This document shows positions 50,695-64,000 of a stretch of 64,000 nucleotides of DNA, piece by piece. The translations under genes were made by a program, and so were the position numbers. The stretch is from Eledone cirrhosa. Taxonomy: Eukaryota. Below the pieces are notes generated by a model. That model made no database searches, was not told the DNA's origin, and saw nothing but the letters and a program-made list of their open reading frames with translations. The first letter of the stretch is position 1. Each line of letters starts with the position of its first letter. The stretch lies in assembly GCA_964016885.1 (NCBI GenBank), contig OZ024741.1:129146001-129210000 (forward strand). Reading direction: 5' to 3'.

Positions 50695-51113
50695 GTAAAT
50701 TTTACCAAAAAAAAAAAAAAAAAAGAAATTAATATAAAAAAACATTAATAATAATATTTTTATTTTCTCTCAAATCTATTGGCTAAATCCTGGTCTGCAG
50801 TTCTTCTTTATTATTCTTTTTATTTATTCAATTAATTATTTCATTTGCTGTCTAAAACATACCTGGGTATTTAACACTTCCATACTCACCTGCTCTTCTC
50901 TTGGCTATTTTAATCAACACTTACCAGTAATTATTCACACACATGCTTGTGATTTTATTTATTTTTGTGTGTAATTTTTTTTTATTTTCAGAGGTGTGAT
51001 ATTTCTTTACTTTTTTTGTATATATTTTGTTCATCATTTGGGTTCTTTTTTATGGCTATGTGTTGTGTGATTTTTATATGAATATATATATGTATTTTTT
51101 TGTTGGTGGTCAT

Positions 51114-51147
<34 letters not shown>

Positions 51148-52274
51148 CAATCTTCTAGATTGATGTCTCTTTGTTTTTTTACTCTCTCTCTCTCTCAACT
51201 ATTTTTCACTACTCTTAACTATTTTTCTTCTGTTTTATTGTGGAGATGAAGGCAGTCATTCTCTGTCTGCTAGTCTTTCTTCTACACCCTCTCTTTATCT
51301 TTATCTTTCTCTCTCTTCCTCTCCTCCCCTCTTCGCTCTCTCAACTTCCTTTTCTCTCCAGTTCTTTATCTCTGTTTTTTATCTCTCTTTTTCCTCTCTG
51401 TAAATCTCTCCCTCTGTCTTCGTCTCTCACTCTCTCTCACCCTCCCTCCATTATATACCCCCTCATGTATTCCCTCTTTTCCTCAGTCTTGCATTGGCCA
51501 CACCCTTGTAAATAAAATTAAGTAGAAGGAAACTGTAGAAGCCCATTCAATGGATTGTACCTGTAATTTAATATTTTACATTGATTTAGCTGGGGAACTG
51601 CCTTAGGGGTGGAATATGCACATGTACACATTTATTTAACCCCTTTGATACCAAAACTTGGCCCAAACCTCCCCCAGTTTTATGAAACAATACTACCTAT
51701 TTTAAAGAGATCCTGTTTAAATAAATATTTTTTTACATAATTTGATATTAGAATCATGTTAGTAATGAAATAATTAATGAAATAATTAATAATTTCAGTA
51801 AATGACTCAAAATTCTTTGAGATTAATTGAAATAGGGTGTTTGTTATTAAAAATACAGTTATGTGTATCATCAGTCATCATCATCATTTCCATTTAACGT
51901 CAATTTTTCCACACTTGCATGGGTTAGACAGGTTGTTCACGCCAGGAGGCAAGTCTGGCCAGGGTTGGCCATGCGTCGCACCTTGTTCCGGCAGGTACTC
52001 TGTGTGTGTATATATATATGTGTGTGTGTGTGTATATATATGTGTGTGTGTGTGTGTATATATATGTGTGTGTGTGTATGTGTATATATATGTGTGCGTG
52101 TGTATATATGTGTGTGTGTGTATATATATATGTGTGTGTGTGTATATATATGTGTGTGTGTGTATATATATGTGTGTGTGTGTATGTGTATATATATGTT
52201 TGCGTGTGTGTGTGTGTATATATATGTGTGCGTGTGTGTGTGTATATATATGTGCGTGTGTGCATGCATGTGTC

Positions 52275-52309
<35 letters not shown>

Positions 52310-52427
52310 GCATATGCATATTTATATATGCATATATGTATATGCATATATATATGTATATGCATATATATGTATATGCATATATATGTATATGCATATA
52401 TATATATGTATATGCATATATATGTGT

Positions 52428-52759
52428 AGGCACATGGCTTAGTGGTTAGAGCATTGGGCTTGCAATCGAAAGGTTGTGAGTTCAATTCTCAGACCGGGTG
52501 ATGTGTTGTTTCCTTGAGCAAGACACTTTATTTCACATTGCTCCAGTTTACTCAGCTGTAGAAATGAGATGATAGGGACACTGGTGTCCCTATCATTCCA
52601 CTGCAAAGTGGACGTGTAGGTGCCACGGCAAAAAAGCACCCAGCCCACACTGTAAATGAGGTTGGTGTTAGGAAGGGCATCCAGCTGTAGAAATCAAGCC
52701 AGAATCAGTTCCCGTCCCACCCCCTTGCAAGCAGGGAAAAGCGGACGTAAAATGATGAT
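52428..52759 (+). mobile_element. SINE family A: tRNA-derived head, CORE-like body, RTE subfamily B-like tail
   Basis: A box TGGCTTAGTGG, B box GAGTTCAATTC, CCTTGAGCAAGACACTT core, tail shared with 25240-25392. Confidence 0.9.
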
Positions 52760-52840
52760 ATATATATGTATATGCATATATATATATATATGCATATATA
52801 TATATATATATGCATATATATGTATATGCATATATATATA

Positions 52841-53231
52841 CGAGGGCAATCCCAAAAGTAAGGTCTCCTTCCGATATTGCAACTTTTCCGTTAAAATCCC
52901 GTGGATGGTGCTTCGGGAAACCTCAGGAACCAAAATGCAGAGAGCATCCAGAATGATCCGCCAATCTTTACGCATGTTTTCCTCGGGAGGAGACCTTACT
53001 TTTGGGATTGCCCTCTATATAAAAACTGCGAAATTCGCACTTGGCGGTAGCGTTCAACGGGAGCTCTATTCTCAACGGCTGCCAAGCCAAGATTGAGCAT
53101 CCCAGCGAAGCACGCACATGCTTGTTTGGCAGTGAAGGAAGCACCAATCACAACAGTGTTGCCAACAGCCGTACAAACAGTTTCTCTGCGTCCCCATCGC
53201 TTTGGAGACCTTACTTTTGGGATTACCCTCG
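52841..53231. mobile_element. Deleted mariner element with three TIR copies
   Basis: 28-bp TIR CGAGGGCAATCCCAAAAGTAAGGTCTCC at 52841, inverted at 52989-53015 and 53204-53231; TA flanks; minus-strand VSRSTIHGILTEKLQYRK transposase HTH remnant. Confidence 0.85.
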
Positions 53232-55870
<2,639 letters not shown>

Positions 55871-56366
55871 TTCTGTATATGTGTGTCTAATAAAGACAAT
55901 GATAGGAAGTATTTTTCAATCTGAAATCTCCAGATTATACACAGATTGCTTTGCTGTCATTATCTCTTTTAATATCATTATCCCCACACTGTATACATAA
56001 CCTCCACAACTAAAACAAAAGCCAAAACAAAAATCTGTTTTCTCTTATTGAAATCAATAACGTTGAGATACTACTACTAAAAATATTAGTCTCAAAAATA
56101 TATACACAGATATATACATATGTATATGGTCGAGTTAACCATGTGTGTGCTAACACATATTAATTTCTCCCTCCACCTCTCGAGAATTTCTCACTTGTTA
56201 CAAATGTGTCAAGAAATAGCCCTTTTACTGAGGGGCCTCTTGATAAACATTATCAACCTCACAGCGATGGTGCACTTCTATAGTGCATAAATTGCTGGAA
56301 ATGGATTTGGCAAAACTGCAGTCAGGACGATATATATTTTTGTCTATTATTTCCTTGTATTTTTAG

Positions 56367-56460
<94 letters not shown>

Positions 56461-56463
<3 letters not shown>

Positions 56464-56833
56464 ATGGCTTAGTGGTTAGAGCATTGGGCTTGCAATCGAA
56501 AGGTTGTGAGTTCAATTCTCAGACCGGGTGATGTGTTGTTTCCTTGAGCAAGACACTTTATTTCACATTGCTCCAGTTTACTCTGCTGTAGAAATGAGAT
56601 GATAGGACTGGGGTCCCTATCATTCCACTGCAAAGTGGTCGTGGAGGTGCCACGGCAAGAAAGCACCCAGCCCACACTGTAAAGTGGACGTGTAGCTGCC
56701 ACCGAAAAAAAGCACCCAGCACTCACTGTAAATGTGGTTGGTGTTAGGAAGGGCATCCAGCTGTAGAAATCAAGCCAGAATCAGTTCCCGTCCCACCCTT
56801 GCAAGCAGGGAAAAGCGGACATAAAATGATGAT
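56461..56833 (+). mobile_element. SINE family A copy with two UTR repeat units
   Basis: Near-identical to the 52428 copy. Confidence 0.9.
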
Positions 56834-57776
56834 ATATATATGTGTTGAGAGAAGAGAGTGAGGGAGAAAGTGTGGGAACATAAGTGTGGGAACATAAGTG
56901 AGATGCAGGCCCCAGGTATACATGACACATCTAATTCTTTACTTCATTCATGCTTTGTCGTTGACGCACATTAACATTGCATATCCAGCGGATCATCCTT
57001 GCTTTATTTCGCATATCTTCTGTATTCATTACATGTCTCACTACTATGCAGCATCATGCAGCTGGCCTTACTTTCATAGTCAAATGAGGTAGTAGTTACC
57101 TAAACTTCTTCTATCCTGTCCTTACTGTAACTAGTATGCTCTTGGAGCATGCCTCCACTGCCAAATAGATCACTCAGGTTGCATAAGCTATCAATCACTT
57201 CTATGGATCCTTCATGGGAGAGGAAAAAGTTTTATAACTCTGACCCTCTTACTAGCAATTGTATCTGAACATCTATCTATTATCCCACTACACCTCTTGT
57301 GTACCCAAGATTTGGATTGTGTACATAGTTTATATTTATATATATATATATTTAATACATTAACAGAGAAAGCTTTAAGCAATACTCCGACCGACTTACG
57401 TCTCACTCAACAAACATTAGGATATACCATAGTATAATCCCAATTATACGTTTGGGGTGCTAACTATACGTATTTTGCGGATAGCCAGTTGTATTATTTT
57501 ATATGAGACATAATTAAATACATCCCTCTTTCCAAACGATCATTTCATTATAAGTTTTCTACAAATTGGAAAAATAATGTCCAGGTTATGTAGAAGCCTA
57601 CACATAGTCCATAGGAATATATGTAGGTGGGCACTTATAAATCATCAGTGGATGCCCGACAAAAAAAATATATAAAATATAAAATATAAAATATAAAATA
57701 TATAAAATATAAAATATATAAAAAAATATATAAAAAAAACCTTACCGATATTAATATTCAGCGATGGTACCCATAT

Positions 57777-57822
<46 letters not shown>

Positions 57823-57933
57823 TTTAACATCCATTTTTCCATGCTAGCATGGGTTAGAAAAGTTGTCCTGTTATCAGACCAATTAGACCAGATGAAGATG
57901 TCTTGCTCATACAGCAATACATCTGTATAAATA

Positions 57934-58840
57934 TCTATATATATAAAACTGAGGATGTCTGTCTGTCTGTGTGTGAGTTTGAATCCCTAAAACTCGAGAA
58001 GCACCCAACCGACTGTTTTAAAACTTTACACATGTAATACTTATGTTTCAGGGAGTGTTCTGAGCAAAAGAAATTTCAAATTTTTGATGCCCTAGGGGCC
58101 GCATTAGGCGATTTATCGATCTCTCTCTATAATTCTTAGTCTTTCTCTTTTTAGATGGATACATACATATAACATCACACCCTTATAATATCTGTCTGTA
58201 TGTCTGCATTACGTCACTTCCCTGAGGATGTCTGTCTATGAGTTTGAATCCCTAAAACTAGAGAAGTACCCAACCGACTTTTTTCAAACTTTACATGTGT
58301 ATTACTTATGTTTCAGGGAGTGTTATGCACATAAAAAAAATTCAACTTTTTGATCCCCTAAGTGATCCATTAGGTGAAAAATTGCGTTTTTTCAGGTTTT
58401 TAGGTGTTTTTTGAGGCGTTATGTCAGAATGATTTCCTTGAAATTGTAACTATGTATTAGTCAGTCTCTTCTTCATACTGTGAGCAAAGAAAATCCAACT
58501 TTTTTATGGCCTAGGACCCGCATTAGGTGAAAAACTTCATTTTTTTCAGTTTTTTAGGGCTTTTTTGAGGCGTTACGTCTAGCCGATTTTCCTGAAATTG
58601 CAAGGCATATATTATGCACATAAAAAAAATTCATTTTCTTGATCCCCTAGGGCCCGCATTAGGTGAAAACCTGCATTTTCCTGCTTCACCGAGGAAAATC
58701 TTAAAGATTATCTAGCCATCAGAGTATTCAGTTTATTTTCTTTACATATTGTCCAGGCATGCAGTTTTTCCACGATTAGGTCTGTTGGCGGCCCGCATTC
58801 CAAAATACCTTATCCCGTGCAACGCCGGGTACTACTGCTA

Positions 58841-58841
<1 letters not shown>
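57934..58841 (+). mobile_element. Non-autonomous Helitron
   Basis: 5' TCTATATATATAAAA after A; 3' GC hairpin CCCGTGCAACGCCGGG (58814-58829) then CTAG before T; internal subrepeats; no TSD. Confidence 0.85.
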
Positions 58842-58888
<47 letters not shown>

Positions 58889-58913
58889 TTATATATATAT
58901 ATATAATAATATT

Positions 58914-59167
58914 AATAATGAGCAGGAGCGAAGTATCAGTATAACATAATTTATATACATGTGATGTTTGTTTCACGATCGATCAGCTGAGGGTATGATT
59001 GATAATGATCGAGCCCGATTCTGGAATGCATAAATGTGTTGAGCTATCAATTCCAGAATTGGGTCTGTTCACTATCAATCATACCTTGAACTGTTCCACC
59101 ATGAAATACATGTCAGATGTGCATAAATAATATTTCATTGATATTTAGTTGCTGTTCCTTGTTATTA
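58914..59167. repeat. Imperfect ~250-bp foldback element
   Basis: GGTATGATTGATAATGA..CCCGATTCTGGAAT versus ATTCCAGAATTGGG..TCACTATCAATCATACC. Confidence 0.8.
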
Positions 59168-59179
59168 TTATTATCATTA

Positions 59180-59405
59180 AGGGTGGTGGATTAGGCGTAA
59201 TGGTAGAGCGTCGGACGATATGCTTTGTGGCATACAGAAACATTCCTTTACGTTCTGAGTTCAAATCCCGCCGAGGTTAATTTTGCCTTTCATCCTTACA
59301 GGGTCGATAAAATAAAGTACCAGTCACGCACTGGGATCGATTTAATCGACTTTCCCCTCTCCTAAAATTGCTGGCCTTGTGCCTATATAAGAAACTATTA
59401 TTATT
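59180..59405 (+). mobile_element. SINE family B, long variant
   Basis: Extra GGATCGATTTAATCGAC segment before the tail. Confidence 0.85.
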
Positions 59406-60049
59406 ATCATGATTATTATTAAGATTAAGACTGCTGCTTAAGGATACCGACTATGGTGATATATCAAACATAGAATATGACATCGGTCGCTGGATCCAAA
59501 TATTAGCATTGAGTGCTCAAACTGGTGAATCATTAGTAACTAAACATTACACACTAATACAGTATAAATACACACACATGCACACGAGTTGAAGTATATA
59601 CAGACATAGTCACATACACACATAGTCACAATTCTATTATATCTACATAAATGATACCAAATGTTTTCATCATCACCATCATACCTTACTGATAACATCT
59701 ATATTGTATATTTTATATATCATATAATGGTGTGTGTGAAGCTGTAAATGTGTGTGTGTGATGTTTCTGTATTATTTCCATGTGGCTGATGACAAATTAT
59801 GAACAGGAACAATTGTAAGGTTAGCTTTTACTACAACAGCAACAGTGGTGATGATTGTGATGATGGTGGTGGTGGTGGTGGTGGTGGTGATGATGATGAT
59901 GAGATGATAATGATGATAATGTCAAAACATAACATTAAATAATGACATCTAACACTATAAATACAAGAATTTCAATGGCATTTTCTATAAACCAGCAGAT
60001 TGTTTGATCTGTAATTTGTAAACACATTTATTTGTTCCCTCTACTGCTC

Positions 60050-60085
<36 letters not shown>

Positions 60086-60139
60086 ACACACACACACATG
60101 CGCGTACATGCACACTGGTGATAGTAGTGAAGATCAAAT

Positions 60140-60800
60140 TGCAGTTTAAGTTACAGGAAAAGGAAAAGAGGACCTCTTATGTGTTCCTATTGCAAGAGCT
60201 GGAACCAGACGACAAGCCGCTGAAATTGTTTTTGAAGGAAATTCAATGACTCAAAATTGAGGATAGAATAATTGGGATGTCCTTCGACACCACTGCCAGT
60301 AACACCGGCATGCACCAAGGAACCAATGCAAACATTAAAGCAGCTCTGAGACAATTTTATTTGTAGCTGGCTTGCCGCCAACACATTCTTGAACTGGTTT
60401 TGAAGAAAGGCTTTGAGATCTTTTTCCCAACATCTGGTTTCGGTATCCCAATGTTCAAAAAGTACAGGAATGCTGAGACTTCATCAATAAGTCTCATTAT
60501 CAAACTATCCTGGACAATGATGAGCCTATAGAAGATTTTTACAAGCAAAAGAGGGTAGAGCTGATTGGATATCTACTGACTGTACTGCTTTCTGGATATC
60601 AACCCTGAGAAGACTATGTTGAGTTCATATTTCTCTATTTTGGTGGTTGGCCATCTCCCCAGTTCTCCTTCTTGGTCCCAGGAGCTTACCACCAGGCTCG
60701 TTGGATGGCTAAGGCCATATATGTGATCAAGATAGTTTTGTTCAAAGAACAACTTAAGCTTACACCATGTAAGTCAAGAGATTCACAAAAAGTCGTTTCT
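60140..60800 (+). mobile_element. Decayed hAT-superfamily (hATm-like) transposase fragment
   Basis: IIGMSFDTTASNTG, LACRQHILELVL (CxxH) and PGAYHQARWMAKAIYVIK, with stops. Confidence 0.7.
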
Positions 60801-60900
60801 GGTTATAAATTTTATTCATTAGATATTGGAGACGGTTGAGATCCTGGTCATGGGTTCAAGTTCTACACTTAATACATAGCTATAATTTTTTTAAATGGAA

Positions 60901-61230
60901 GCACATGGCTTAGTGGTTAGAGCATTGGCCTTGCAATCGAAAGGTTGTGAGTTCAATTCTCAGACCGGTGATGTGTTGTTTCCTTGAGCAAGACACTTTA
61001 TTTCACATTGCTCCAGTTTACTCAGCTGTAGACATGAGATGATAGGGACTGGGGTCCATATCATTCCACTGCAAAGTGGTCGTGGAGGTGCCACGGCAAA
61101 AAAGCACCCAGCACTCACTGTAAATGAGGTTGGTGTTAGGAAGGGCATCCAACTGTAGAAATCAAGCCAGAATCAGTTCCCGTCCCACCCTTGCAAGCAG
61201 GGAAAAGCGGACGTAAGATGATGATGATGA
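60901..61230 (+). mobile_element. SINE family A copy
   Basis: Near-identical to the 52428 copy. Confidence 0.9.
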
Positions 61231-61235
61231 TATAT

Positions 61236-61378
61236 ATATTAATTCAAAATATTAACAAAATAGATATTCTTGTGATCAAGTATATTTTATTATACATATT
61301 TCAGAGGTACTGAAATATGTATAATAAAATATACTTGATCACAAGAATATCTATTTTGTTAATATTTTGAATTAATAT
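61236..61378. repeat. Perfect inverted repeat, 69-bp arms, 5-nt loop
   Basis: 61236-61304 is the exact reverse complement of 61310-61378. Confidence 0.95.
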
Positions 61379-61653
61379 TAATAACTCCGGAAAACCATTG
61401 TAAAACTCATTCTTTGATTTATTTATTGAACCTTGTTTAACCTTTAAATATATATATATATAAATATATATTTATTAAAATAACAGATTAAAGTTTAAGC
61501 AAAGAATCACTGCTTTCACCCTTAACGGGATCTTCTGTTATTTTAATAAATATTTGCTCTAGGGTTCTTATATATTTGATATATATTCATCCTTATCAAG
61601 CCCTCTTTGGATTTTAGTCTTCACATTTATTATTATTATTATATATGTATTTA

Positions 61654-61847
61654 AGGGCGGTGGATTGGCAGTATTGGTAGAGGGTCGGAGGCCATGCTTT
61701 GACGCATAGAGTTATGGCCCTTGCCATTCTGAGTTCAAATCCCGCAGAGGTTAACTTTGCCTTTCATCCTTATGGGGTCGATAAAATAAAGTACCAGTAA
61801 TACACTGGGTAATTGCTGGCCTTGTGCCAAAAGTAGAAACAATTATT
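61654..61847 (+). mobile_element. SINE family B copy
   Basis: Full head-to-tail match to the other copies. Confidence 0.9.
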
Positions 61848-62272
61848 GTATATCTATATATATGTATAGGTGTGCATGTGTGTGTGTACATATAAATTCT
61901 ATAACATAAAAGCTTCAATGTAGTTAGATCTCTTGCAATATGTTTCTATATTTACATAAATATGAAAGCTCTTATTCATAAAAAGGGTTCTAAAACTGTG
62001 AGTTATCGATTTCAAGATTTGAAGAGTACATTTAAAATTGTATCATAGAGAGCAATTAAGAAACAGTGTTAAACTGTTTCATTTGAATGTTATATCAGAA
62101 TTACTTTTTATAGCATATCTTATTACCACAGTGTAATAATATGATTATCTTATATATTTATATAAAGTTATATCTGTATAAATATCAAGAGTGTAACTGA
62201 GACTGCACTAACGTGTATAAATATATTTATACAGATATGACTTTATCATATTTTTTGGCTGCTAGCACACAC

Positions 62273-62307
<35 letters not shown>

Positions 62308-62401
62308 GTAGAACACTGGAAGGTAATATCCGTAGTGGTAGAGCACTCAGTCCATGGGACGAGTTAAGTAGAAGTGGTTACACAAGTTAGTTCACCATAC
62401 C

Positions 62402-62437
62402 GAGAACAATTGTTTCACCTTAGCGGATCATCAGCTC
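62402..62437 (-). ncRNA. Minimal hammerhead motif, left arm of hairpin
   Basis: Minus strand GAG-CTGATGA-TCCGCTAAGGT-GAAAC-AATT-GTT-CTC. Confidence 0.6.
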
Positions 62438-62443
62438 CATTAC

Positions 62444-62479
62444 GAGCTGAGGATCTGCTAAGGTGAAACAATTGTTCTC
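62444..62479 (+). ncRNA. Minimal hammerhead motif, right arm of hairpin
   Basis: GAG-CTGAGGA-TCTGCTAAGGT-GAAAC-AATT-GTT-CTC; stem II weak. Confidence 0.55.
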
Positions 62480-62507
62480 GGTATGGTGAACTAACTGTTG
62501 TGTAACC

Positions 62508-62973
62508 TCACCTCTCCAAGACAATGTCACTGGACCGAGATCTTTGGCGCTACGCAGTAATACAGAAGACCCGCCTTGCCTAAGTGCAAAGCGAAACCTA
62601 CAGTCAGTAGGCACCTCTTACCAAAATACACCCCCGTCCCACTACCCCCAACCCATCCACACCACCCCCTTTCGATGTAAAGTTATGTTGGTACCACAAC
62701 ATCCAGTCCTAAATAAATGAGGTCGTGTAGGTGTCACGACAAAAAAACACACAGTCCACGCTGTAATGTGGCCGTGTAGGTAACACAGTAAAAACCTCCC
62801 AGTCCACACTGTAAACGTGGTTGGTGTTAGGAAGGGCATCCAGCCGTAGAAAACCCGCCAGACAGTCCTATATGAGCAAGACAACCAATCTTGCCTCAAG
62901 TGGGAAAATACCCGTCCAAACTCATGCTAGCGTGGAAGATGGACGTTAAACGATGATGATGATAATGATGATG

Positions 62974-62975
<2 letters not shown>
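62508..62975 (+). mobile_element. RTE LINE subfamily A 3' end
   Basis: HLSKTMSLDRDLWRY coding end, subfamily A UTR, terminal stem-loop and (GAT)n tail. Confidence 0.9.
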
Positions 62976-63021
<46 letters not shown>

Positions 63022-63082
63022 GCACACACATATAAAAACATACATACATACATGATAAACATGTGTGTGTGTGTGTGTGTGT

Positions 63083-63600
63083 CATCATCACTGTTTACCA
63101 TTCATTTTTCCACACTAGCCTGGGTTAGATGAGTTGTTCCATTGTGAGACAAGCCAGGTCAGATGACCATGTCTTGCTCATACAGAACTGTTTCTGGGTT
63201 GGGTTTTACAGCTGGATGCCCTTTCTAACGCCAACCACCTTTTCAGTATGGACTTGGCACTTATTGTCATGTTGCCATCATGACTACTTTACTGTGTGGG
63301 CTGGGGACTTGGGTGGGGGCAGTGTGTGGGGGATTGGGGAGGTAGATTTAGGGATGTGTGAGGGGCGGAATGTTAGGACATGGGTGGAATGTTAGGACAT
63401 GGGTGGAATGTTAGGACATTGGGAGGTGTATGGAAAACAGATTAAGGGGAAGGTGGTGCATACTAAATGTATGTTTCAACATGTGCTCATGGGAAGGCGG
63501 GTCTTCTGTATTACTGCATAATGTGAGAGATCTCGGTCCTATGTCATCATCTTTGAGATATACAATTGGGTAAGATTACCTTTTATCACCTCCTAAGTCT
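63083..63600 (-). mobile_element. RTE LINE 3' end, diverged
   Basis: Reverse-strand tail, UTR motif and DRDLSHYAVIQKTRLP-like coding end. Confidence 0.7.
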
Positions 63601-63644
63601 TCCTACACACACACATACATGATAAACATGTGTGTGTGTATGTG

Positions 63645-63998
63645 TGTATGTGCAATGTAAGTGTGAGAGAAAGGCAGAGCTTGGACAAGCTGAGGGAGAA
63701 GCTGGGTTTAAGATGAATTTGAGATGGTGTGCAAGAGAGAAGACGGCGTTGGTATGGATATGTGATGCACATGAACAATGATCGCTGGGTAAAGTAATGC
63801 CTGGAAATCCCAGTGGAAGGAAGCTGTAGTGGAGGAAAACCAAGAAAGACCTGGGCAGAGGTTGTGAGAGCTGACTTCAAATTGCTAAGATTGGCAGAGG
63901 AGAGGATGAAGGAATGCAGCAAGTGCATAGATGCTGTGATGAGCAGGACCCATCCAACTCCTGCAAGCATGTAAAAAACGTTTGTAAAAATGATGATA
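63645..63998 (+). mobile_element. Older RTE family 3' end (related copy 10855-11185)
   Basis: ERRRRWYGYVMHM and GKPRKTWAEVVRAD remnants plus terminal stem-loop and gat tail. Confidence 0.75.
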
Positions 63999-64000
63999 TA

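Noticed and set aside
50992-51081. Terminal exon encoding a hydrophobic tail anchor (RCDISLLFLYIFCSSFGFFFMAMCCVIFI*) after a strong-looking acceptor
   Set aside because: T-rich intron DNA yields both acceptor-like tracts and hydrophobic codons by chance; needs RNA evidence
52428-52505. Functional tRNA gene
   Set aside because: No closed acceptor stem; runs into a SINE body present in four copies

Overview
AT-rich, microsatellite-dense eukaryotic DNA, not prokaryotic. The repeat content (RTE and CR1 LINEs, tRNA-derived CORE- and Nin-type SINEs, long (TA)n/(CA)n tracts) suggests an octopus-like cephalopod; this is inference. The window lies inside a large + strand gene. Five GT-AG exons (10461-10631, 25670-25789, 43624-43873, 46637-46719, 50566-50694) splice in compatible phases into a coiled-coil protein resembling pericentrin/AKAP9. 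The introns hold at least six young RTE LINE copies in two subfamilies, with a C4HC3 PHD-type finger inside the RT domain. They also hold an RTE-tailed SINE sharing a covarying 3' stem-loop with those LINEs, CR1 remnants, a Helitron, hAT/mariner/TTAA MITEs, and 36-bp and 26-bp minisatellites. The least expected signal is a set of short non-coding Penelope-type remnants with minimal hammerhead ribozyme motifs (2564, 18964, and two back-to-back in a ~130-bp hairpin at 62376-62507; a relative at ~24010 lacks exactly the core), plus several long foldbacks. Most ORFs in the supplied track are repeat artefacts. All family names are by eye; no database was searched.
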